From a virus (lineage: Duplodnaviria > Caudoviricetes): 26,414 bases of DNA. This document shows, in pieces, positions 1 to 6,372 of the stretch; position 1 is the first letter of the stretch; every line of letters starts with the position of its first letter. The position numbers and the translations under genes are program-made. The notes under the pieces are model-generated. The model had not been told where the DNA came from and did no database searches. It was given only the letters and a program-made list of their open reading frames with translations. Location of the stretch: positions 1-26,414 of IMG/VR virus record IMGVR_UViG_3300048861_000047, one strand, 5' to 3'.

Positions 1-905
1 AACCAGGCCAGGGAGGGATTCACCAGCTCCGGCCGCGGCTCCATGCCCTTCTTTACGGAGATCGGCGCTCTCCGGTTCCAGGGACAGACATCCTGGCAGA
101 TGTCGCAGCCAAAGACCTGTCTTCCCATCGGCTCCCGCAGCTCCTCAGGAATGGTCCCCTTCTTCTCTATAGTCAGATAGGCGATGCAGCGGGAAGCATC
201 CATCTCACGGGGAGCCACCAGAGCCTGGGTCGGACAGGCGTCGATGCATCGCGTACAGCTTCCACAGCGATCCGGCGCCAACTCCGCCACGGCATCCGAT
301 GCGACAGGAATAGAAGTAATAATTACGCCAAGCAGCAGCCACGAACCCAATTGCGGATGAAGGACGCAGGTATTCTTCCCGATCCATCCCAGCCCGGATT
401 GAGCAGCCATGGATCGCTCTACGAGGGGGCCGGTATCGACGTAACACCGCGTCTCACCCTGCACACGCTCCTTGACTGCAGCCTCAAGCCTGCGGAGTCG
501 TCCGAGGAGCTCTTCGTGATAATCCGTCGGCCTTACTTCTCCGTCGTCGAGCGTACGGCCGCTCCAGGCATAGCGCGCGATCCATCCTGTACCTGCCGGA
601 GCAGGTGCGATCGAAGTCACCGCATCCGCGTTGTAGTTGAACGCGCAGACGATGACGGAGCGCGCCCAGGGAATTGCCGCCTGAACCCCGCTGCGCAATA
701 GAACTCCGTCTTCGCTGCGACGTTTCAGATATTCCATCTCGCCGGCGCGGCCTGCCTCGACCCATGTCGAAAAGCGATCAGCCTCGCGCTGCGCGATGGG
801 GTCTTCGGCTTCGGGAACCTGAGCCACCCCAACGGCATCGAAACCGACTCCGAGAGCCTGTTCTTCGAGCCAGCCCATAAGCTCTGAAGTCCACGCGACC
901 GACAA
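1..905 (-). CDS. queG: Epoxyqueuosine reductase QueG (3' end runs off the window)
   Basis: Not in the ORF track because there is no stop in the window. Manual translation gives YVDTGPLVER, GLGWIGKNT, GSWLLLG, CGSCTRCIDACPTQAL, RCIAYLTIE and FGCDICQDVCPWN, the two-[4Fe-4S] QueG signature. TTG start at 905 follows AAGGAG. Confidence 0.93.
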   Translation of the reverse strand, partial: MSVAWTSELMGWLEEQALGVGFDAVGVAQVPEAEDPIAQREADRFSTWVEAGRAGEMEYLKRRSEDGVLLRSGVQAAIPWARSVIVCAFNYNADAVTSIAPAPAGTGWIARYAWSGRTLDDGEVRPTDYHEELLGRLRRLEAAVKERVQGETRCYVDTGPLVERSMAAQSGLGWIGKNTCVLHPQLGSWLLLGVIITSIPVASDAVAELAPDRCGSCTRCIDACPTQALVAPREMDASRCIAYLTIEKKGTIPEELREPMGRQVFGCDICQDVCPWNRRAPISVKKGMEPRPELVNPSLAW

Positions 906-963
906 TTCCCACTCCTTCGGACACTTTCGTCCAGCGCAAGATTCAGGGTAAACTGAAATCAAC

Positions 964-1052
964 GGAGAGTTGGCAGAGCCCGGTTGAATGCACCTGACTC
1001 GAAATCAGACATAGTCGCAAGGCTATCGGGGGTTCGAATCCCTCACTCTCCG
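964..1052 (+). tRNA. tRNA-Ser (anticodon CGA)
   Basis: Acceptor stem GGAGAGT/ACTCTCC, discriminator G, anticodon loop CT-CGA-AA, long variable arm ATAGTC-GCAA-GGCTAT, T loop TTCGAAT. CCA is not encoded (followed by CAAAA). Confidence 0.96.
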
Positions 1053-1138
1053 CAAAAAACCTTCAAAATATCCCATAATTACCGCGTAAAAGAACATTAC
1101 ACACGCAATGACTGCACGGAAGCAAAGCGTGTCTTTCT

Positions 1139-1202
1139 CGCAATAAACCGCAATAAACTGCCATACCCTTTGCTTACTTGGACACGTTTTGGACACGTTT
1201 TG
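1139..1202. repeat. Two pairs of short tandem direct repeats near the att junction (candidate integrase arm-type or excisionase sites)
   Basis: CGCAATAAAC x2 (1139-1158) and TTGGACACGTT x2 plus TTG (1178-1202), about 90-150 bp from the tRNA end. The function is inferred from position. Confidence 0.6.
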
Positions 1203-1230
1203 TCTGGGCTGAGATGCGACCTTTAGTCGT

Positions 1231-1815
1231 ATGGATTACGGCATTTACGCGGATTACATTAGCGGTCACAGATCCAAAATTTATGCTCCCAGGAACGTGA
1301 TGCAGAGCCTTGCCCTATTAACTCCCCCTGCCTTGGAATCCTCTGTGATCTATCGGTCACCAAACCCCTCATACAAACCTGAATCCGATTGCAACGTCCT
1401 ACTTGAGTGCCTCTTTTTCACCAGGACAGAGAGCTTGATCGAGAGTCTGAACGAATTGCCCCGCACAGCCGATAAGGACCACGAATCGTGGACTTTGATC
1501 GGAGGAATACGGGGACTGAGGAAAATAGCCGTCAACACGGTCCTCATCTCTAGGATTGCGTTACTAACCCAGCAATGCCTGCCAGAATACGTCGACAAAA
1601 AAGATCTCGAGTTCTTCGTAAGCCGCGCCAAGTGGATCGAAGATAATTTAATCTTGATCCTGAAGCGGCACGAAGAAGCCGAAATGCCCAGCCGTCCGTT
1701 GATGCTACGCTCTGTGCGTATCGCACGACTGTACGCAGAGGTTTACGGTAGGGTATTTGCCATCGCTGAGCATCACGACTTCAGTATTTTCAACACAGTT
1801 ATTGAATCCTTGTAG
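1231..1815 (+). CDS. Hypothetical protein (moron); start may be ATG 1300
   Basis: 194-aa ORF, visibly more AT-rich than its neighbours, 14 nt upstream of the next plus-strand ORF. No motif recognised. Confidence 0.6.
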   Translation: MDYGIYADYISGHRSKIYAPRNVMQSLALLTPPALESSVIYRSPNPSYKPESDCNVLLECLFFTRTESLIESLNELPRTADKDHESWTLIGGIRGLRKIAVNTVLISRIALLTQQCLPEYVDKKDLEFFVSRAKWIEDNLILILKRHEEAEMPSRPLMLRSVRIARLYAEVYGRVFAIAEHHDFSIFNTVIESL

Positions 1816-1829
1816 AACTGGAGTCCCCA

Positions 1830-2213
1830 TTGAAGGCACGAGAATCTTTACTGTCGGTGCGTCTGGAGCTATTGGATAAGCTCCGGGCTCTCGACTCACA
1901 GACCGTCGCGGAATTAGAGCAAGTCGACATCGCCCTCCAGGCGCTGTTGAGCTCCTCAGACGGTCACGTGACAGGAAATCGCGAATTCATGGGGATGACC
2001 GTTCTGGAATCCGCCGAAGTCTGCCTAAAAAGGGCAGGAAAACCGATCTCTATCCTTGAACTCACTAAAACCATGCTCGCAGGAGGCGTTTCCCTAAAAA
2101 AAGGGAAACGGTCGCCCGAGTGGAAGGTAGCGCAATCGCTAAGCTACCACCAGTCAAAGGATCGACTGGCTATTGAGGATGGAATGGTGAGCCTCCCAGG
2201 ATGGAAGAAATAG
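1830..2213 (+). CDS. Coiled-coil plus winged-helix (HARE-HTH-like) protein
   Basis: GGAG then TTG start. Leu-rich heptad N-terminus. C-terminal MTVLESAEVCLKRAGKPISILELTKTMLAGG...KRSPEWKVAQSL resembles the HARE-HTH pattern. Confidence 0.65.
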   Translation: MKARESLLSVRLELLDKLRALDSQTVAELEQVDIALQALLSSSDGHVTGNREFMGMTVLESAEVCLKRAGKPISILELTKTMLAGGVSLKKGKRSPEWKVAQSLSYHQSKDRLAIEDGMVSLPGWKK

Positions 2214-2310
2214 AGCCCTAGAACTCCAAATGGCGCCCGGGTGTGTGACGTACGCAAGAGGTGGGTCGCGGCCGATCGACGTGCTCGCAAAGACCTTCGA
2301 GATGTCCATC

Positions 2311-2652
2311 TCAGAGTTGATGCGAGGACTCTAACCCTATCTTTCGCTTTCTCCTGTCGTCCAGCTCCGGATGCTCTTTCTCATACTCCAACAGGAATCC
2401 GAGGCAGGCCCGTGCGTGCGCGAGATGCGATAGCCCAGATTCCGGGTCGACACTCTCTCCATCCGCAAAGGCCATCAGGTGGCGCATACCGGCATCAATC
2501 AGCCTCGACCAGTCCATCCCTTTCGACCAGTTCCACGCGCCGTACTTCTGCCGACCGAAGTCGAGCACCCGAGCCTCCTCCTCACTCGCCCGGCGAGGAA
2601 TTAGGCTCAAGGGTGGCTTGCCAACATCGAACTTCCTAGCTTCGCTCTCCAT
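2311..2652 (-). CDS. dATP/dGTP diphosphohydrolase-domain protein (DUF5664-like)
   Basis: KFDVGKPPLSLIP...VLDFGRQKYGAWNWSKG...AGMRHL...DPESGLSHLAHA is the family signature. ATG 2652 chosen as start. Confidence 0.85.
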   Translation of the reverse strand: MESEARKFDVGKPPLSLIPRRASEEEARVLDFGRQKYGAWNWSKGMDWSRLIDAGMRHLMAFADGESVDPESGLSHLAHARACLGFLLEYEKEHPELDDRRKRKIGLESSHQL

Positions 2653-2847
2653 GGCTATGCCATCCTCAATTTTGGAAGAATCGAGATGGTAGCTTGACCA
2701 ATGAGGCTCTCGAACTGCTCCACGCAAAAGCCTCCGATGCGCGGATTGATCCGGTATGGTGATTCTCCGCAGACCGGGCGCAGGAAGGCCGCAAAGCCGG
2801 GCATATCCGAAACTTCTGCCGCATGTCGATTGGAAGTGACGCGCCCA

Positions 2848-3129
2848 TTAGCGGTTGATTACCTCAAGAACGTGGTTAAAGGAATCCGCGCACCACGCGG
2901 CGCATTTAATTAGGACAACCGCTCCGGCAGCCATGGCGATGAGCTTCTCTATTCGCCCTACCCTTTTGTTGAGACCGGCTAGATCCCTTTCCACCCTGGG
3001 GAGCCTTCCCTTTGAATTCTCCGACTCATCGTCACCGAGTATCTTCGTCACGAACACTCGGAAGTCTCCGCGAAACTCGCCCAGGCTGTCCCGTATTTCG
3101 TCGAGTTTCTGTGTCTCCTGCGGAGCCAT
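2848..3129 (-). CDS. Small coiled-coil protein with one C-terminal hydrophobic segment (possible holin or antiholin-like)
   Basis: GAGG SD. RVERDLAGLNKRVGRIEK followed by LIAMAAGAVVLIKCAAW. Lies in the lysis-like cluster. Confidence 0.6.
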   Translation of the reverse strand: MAPQETQKLDEIRDSLGEFRGDFRVFVTKILGDDESENSKGRLPRVERDLAGLNKRVGRIEKLIAMAAGAVVLIKCAAWCADSFNHVLEVINR

Positions 3130-3229
3130 CGCGCCTCACCGTAGATAAAATGAGCCGTCTCTCCGGCTGTCTCCGCTCGAGGCGTTTCGTCGGGCTTGCG
3201 GCTCACCCGTACAACATCGCCACAAGCGT

Positions 3230-3352
3230 TTATGTGGCGACCTTGAACTTCGTCTTCAGGTAAGAGATTCCGTTCGCGAAGAAGACGCGCACGCGAGGGC
3301 CGAACACCACGCCAACGGCGAAAGCGACGACTACCAGAAAGAATGACTGCAT
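3230..3352 (-). CDS. 40-aa single-TM membrane peptide
   Basis: Below the ORF-track cutoff. MQSFFLVVVAFAVGVVFGPRVRVFFANGISYLKTKFKVAT, preceded by a strong SD (AAGGAGGT-AAATC-ATG). Confidence 0.75.
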   Translation of the reverse strand: MQSFFLVVVAFAVGVVFGPRVRVFFANGISYLKTKFKVAT

Positions 3353-3364
3353 GATTTACCTCCT

Positions 3365-3988
3365 TTATCGGGTGAGAAAGTACGCTGACGTTGCCGCACC
3401 AATCGCGGCTCCGACACTAATAAACTTCACGGCGGCTTTGGCGCGCTGCCATTTCGTCCCGCCCTTAAGTGCAGCCTTTAGCTGCGCGATCTCGGCATCC
3501 TTCACCGCCGCCGCCCCATTCTGGTTCGCTGTCGTGATCTGGCACGAGGCGAGCCTGGCCTCGTTCGCCTTGCAATCAACCTGCGCATCGTAGAAAGACT
3601 TCACCGATTGCGCCGGAATGATGAGATCCCCCTCGGAGAGCTTCGGAGCTTCGGGCAGAGCGGCATCGCTTACTGCCTTCACCTGGGCCGCCGTCACTTG
3701 GACGATGGGAGCAGGTACACTCACAACCTGCGGTAGCGCCTTGACGATCTGCGCTGGCGTTTGCATCTGCTGCTTCATCGCCGCGAAGCTCTTGAGCGTT
3801 TCGGCGAGCTGCTGCTGGTTGACTTTCTCTCGCTCTGCGATCTGAGCGGCAGCGTCTTTATCGGCCTTCTGCTGGGCGGCCAGCACAGAATTACTCTCGT
3901 GCTCCTTCACCCACCCATAGCCTACGCATGCCACGAATACCGCCAGGACGATACAGACAGCGAGCGTGAACTTATGCGCGTTAGTCAT
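3365..3988 (-). CDS. Spanin-like protein (N-terminal hydrophobic/signal segment, coiled coils, C-terminal hydrophobic tail)
   Basis: ATG 3988 overlaps the end of the upstream ORF. FTLAVCIVLAVFVACVGYGW, then Ala/Gln/Lys-rich helices, then FISVGAAIGAATSAYFL. Confidence 0.6.
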   Translation of the reverse strand: MTNAHKFTLAVCIVLAVFVACVGYGWVKEHESNSVLAAQQKADKDAAAQIAEREKVNQQQLAETLKSFAAMKQQMQTPAQIVKALPQVVSVPAPIVQVTAAQVKAVSDAALPEAPKLSEGDLIIPAQSVKSFYDAQVDCKANEARLASCQITTANQNGAAAVKDAEIAQLKAALKGGTKWQRAKAAVKFISVGAAIGAATSAYFLTR

Positions 3989-4271
3989 AGCCCTTGATCT
4001 CCTCCGGACGACTCTCCGGCTTCTTACGCCACTCCACGCCAGACACATGCTTGCGCCAGTTCAGCGCGCCGAAAGCCACAACCGTTGTCGCGTGTTTCCA
4101 GAACCATCGCAGCTTAGGCCGCGCCACGTTCTCATACTTCGGCAGCATGTTCGCCGCCGCCGAGAACGCAGTCACGACGAAGGTAAAAAACTGGGCAATG
4201 CTGATGAGCTTCAACCGTAAGGCGTCAAAGTCGGTGGCCCATATGGTTTGCACGATTGGCTTCATAGTCAT
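3981..4271 (-). CDS. Putative holin
   Basis: 96 aa with 1-2 hydrophobic segments and a highly charged C-terminus (WRKKPESRPEEIKGYD). First gene after a late-promoter motif and coupled to the spanin-like gene. Confidence 0.55.
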   Translation of the reverse strand: MTMKPIVQTIWATDFDALRLKLISIAQFFTFVVTAFSAAANMLPKYENVARPKLRWFWKHATTVVAFGALNWRKHVSGVEWRKKPESRPEEIKGYD

Positions 4272-4276
4272 TGCCC

Positions 4277-4312
4277 AGAACGTTTATGCATCGGATATCG
4301 AAAAGGCCGCAA
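4277..4312 (-). promoter_or_regulatory. Conserved late-promoter element (holin/spanin unit)
   Basis: TTGCGGCCTTTTC-GATATCCGATG-CATAAA-CGTTCT. Predicted +1 G at 4276, 5 nt before the ATG. Confidence 0.7.
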
Positions 4313-4327
4313 AATAATGCCCAACTT

Positions 4328-6334
4328 CTAGCCCACCAACGTTAGAGCTTGAGCGATGGCCGATGAGTACCGAGCAAATCCCGTCGGGTTTGGGTGGACG
4401 CCGTCGATAAGGAACGTTGACCACGTAAACGAATTGAAGCCCGCAATCGACCCGATATCAATAACAGGTATTGAGTACAGCATCGCTACGCTTTTTATAA
4501 GCCCGTTCAACTGTAAGAACTGTGTCGGGTTGGCCATAAAGCTACCTGTCGCGCGATACGGTGTAATCCATGCCAGACGAATTGAAGGCTTCGCGGTCAT
4601 GATCGCCTCAAGAGCTGACATCATGTTCCCGCAAAAGGAGTCCGTGGTGGGCGTGTCATTGACCGTTCCGAAAGCGTTCTGCGGTGTGTTCGTGCCAAGC
4701 TCTATCAGAAGTAAATCGAGAGCGGCTATGTCTTGCGCGAGCGTGTTCCCAACCGTGCCTCCGATGATGCTACTCGCCGGGGTCGTTGTGCTCGTTACCC
4801 GAGTCAGGGGACTCCCGGAATAGTTCTCGAAGATCTGATTAGGGAAGCGCCCATGCCGGGCGTCTTGGAACGTTAGCGTCATGCCGTGGTAAACAGAAAC
4901 GGCATTCTGCCAAGCTTGAACGAAGTCCGCGCTAATGCTGTCCCCGAATACACCCCACTTCTTGAGTCGCCACGGGCTCGCGAAGACCGGCGTTCCGAGG
5001 AAAGGGATATAAATTGACGGCGGTGTCGCGCCGAGCGTCACCATTTGCTTTGCAGCATCCGGGAAACTACCAGCGGAGTATGCGCCCGTCATGCGGATGA
5101 AAGCACAGTTAGCGGGAGGCGTGAACGTCAAACCGGCTGTATATGGTAGCCCCGGCCCGGGACCAATGTACGTTTTATCGGCTCGGAAATATCCGATACC
5201 GAATTGAGACGTTCCTGTTGCCGAAGCGGTCGAAAGGTTATAAGTTTGCCCGCCGATCACCGGCATATAGTCGGAGACATAAAAGCCCGTAAGTCCGGCG
5301 GTAACGATGGTTCCGAGGCTGATATTCAGACCGGCGTCTTTCTGAATACGCGAGACATCGAAAAGGTTGTTTATCGCAGGGAGAGACGATGCAACAACGC
5401 TCGCAACCTGCGTAACGCTCGGCGTTATGGCGGGGTTGACTGTGCCGAAGCCAACGTAACTTGTTGGCACTGTCGCACCCTGAACAACCATCAGCGTCGC
5501 CGATGGGTTTGCGCTGAAACCCATTCGCACAAACGACGCGGTCGCCGGGACGCTGATTGGAGTGCCCGCAGCGATGACTCCGATTGCACCAGAGATGAAC
5601 GCTTGATTGATATCGTAAAAGGCGTAACCGTTGTTTCCGCCGTTCGATATGGCAATACTGGAGACTATTTGCGTGCCTGCTTGGACGACCATAAAGCCGG
5701 TCGCATACCACCCGGACGCGCTGCCTACTGTGCCATTTAGTGCGTTGATAAATGAATTGGCCGTTACCCTGGCCGAATCAAACAAGTTAGTAACGAGATT
5801 CTGCGTCGCAGCTTGAACTGAGATTACCGCTTGCGCCTGCAAATCCCCTGGAACACCCTTCAGCGAAGCGAGCCAGTTAGACACTGAACCCCACGTCGCC
5901 GTACCCCCGGCGAGATCGTATGCCGAGGCCCCCTGATCTCCCGAGATTACCAGGGCATTAGGATTACCAGCCCCCGTCTTCATAGAAGCGAAGTTCCAGT
6001 TACCCGCTCCATCGTCAGTTACAGGACAGTTGGAGTAAATAGTCGTTGTGTATACCGGTCCGCGACTCTGGTCTACGATGCGGATCTGCACGCGGTAATT
6101 GCGCGGAGTCGCCGTGGCGGGATTAGGTATGGAAAGGACAGGCCCAATAATCGAGCCGTTATTGATCTGCCTGACCGCCGGGGTAACCGTGAACTGCTGG
6201 CCAGCGGAGTCGCTAACCGGAATCGGCTTCCCATTCACATCGGTTCCCACAACAGAGAACGTTCCGGAGGTGATGAAGTCTCCGCCTGCGTTACGCAGGC
6301 AGGAAGCGGCCAGGATCTTCAACTGAGAGCTCAT
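4328..6334 (-). CDS. Tail fibre/spike with two repeated beta domains and a C-terminal SGNH/GDSL esterase
   Basis: Follows the tip gene. GASAY...NWLASLKG fibre linker. Duplicated NLFD...F(V/I)RM...MV.(Q/L)GAT.P..Y..F domains. SGNH blocks FGDSIS, ELGTN and DGVHPN. Confidence 0.85.
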   Translation of the reverse strand: MSSQLKILAASCLRNAGGDFITSGTFSVVGTDVNGKPIPVSDSAGQQFTVTPAVRQINNGSIIGPVLSIPNPATATPRNYRVQIRIVDQSRGPVYTTTIYSNCPVTDDGAGNWNFASMKTGAGNPNALVISGDQGASAYDLAGGTATWGSVSNWLASLKGVPGDLQAQAVISVQAATQNLVTNLFDSARVTANSFINALNGTVGSASGWYATGFMVVQAGTQIVSSIAISNGGNNGYAFYDINQAFISGAIGVIAAGTPISVPATASFVRMGFSANPSATLMVVQGATVPTSYVGFGTVNPAITPSVTQVASVVASSLPAINNLFDVSRIQKDAGLNISLGTIVTAGLTGFYVSDYMPVIGGQTYNLSTASATGTSQFGIGYFRADKTYIGPGPGLPYTAGLTFTPPANCAFIRMTGAYSAGSFPDAAKQMVTLGATPPSIYIPFLGTPVFASPWRLKKWGVFGDSISADFVQAWQNAVSVYHGMTLTFQDARHGRFPNQIFENYSGSPLTRVTSTTTPASSIIGGTVGNTLAQDIAALDLLLIELGTNTPQNAFGTVNDTPTTDSFCGNMMSALEAIMTAKPSIRLAWITPYRATGSFMANPTQFLQLNGLIKSVAMLYSIPVIDIGSIAGFNSFTWSTFLIDGVHPNPTGFARYSSAIAQALTLVG

Positions 6335-6370
6335 ACCGCTTTTATGCCCTCATGCTGAAGAATCCGGCAA
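6335..6370 (-). promoter_or_regulatory. Conserved late-promoter element (tail fibre), leaderless
   Basis: TTGCCGGATTCTT-CAGCATGAGGG-CATAAA-AGCGGT-ATG; fills the 38-nt intergenic gap. Confidence 0.65.
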
Positions 6371-6372
6371 AA

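Noticed and set aside
205-880. Short ORFs in the track over the first 900 bp
   Set aside because: All overlap queG, which has clear family motifs in another frame.
1139-1202. CRISPR-like array
   Set aside because: Only two copies each of 10-11 nt units, with no spacers and no cas genes.
984-1226. 80-aa ORF
   Set aside because: It runs through the tRNA and the att repeats.
2666-2848. 60-aa ORF starting at the upstream stop codon
   Set aside because: No motif, and other frames are equally open. It may be real or a remnant but cannot be supported.
4328-6334. Diversity-generating retroelement or shufflon acting on the tail fibre
   Set aside because: The repeats are diverged protein-level duplications; no reverse transcriptase, template repeat or invertase was seen.
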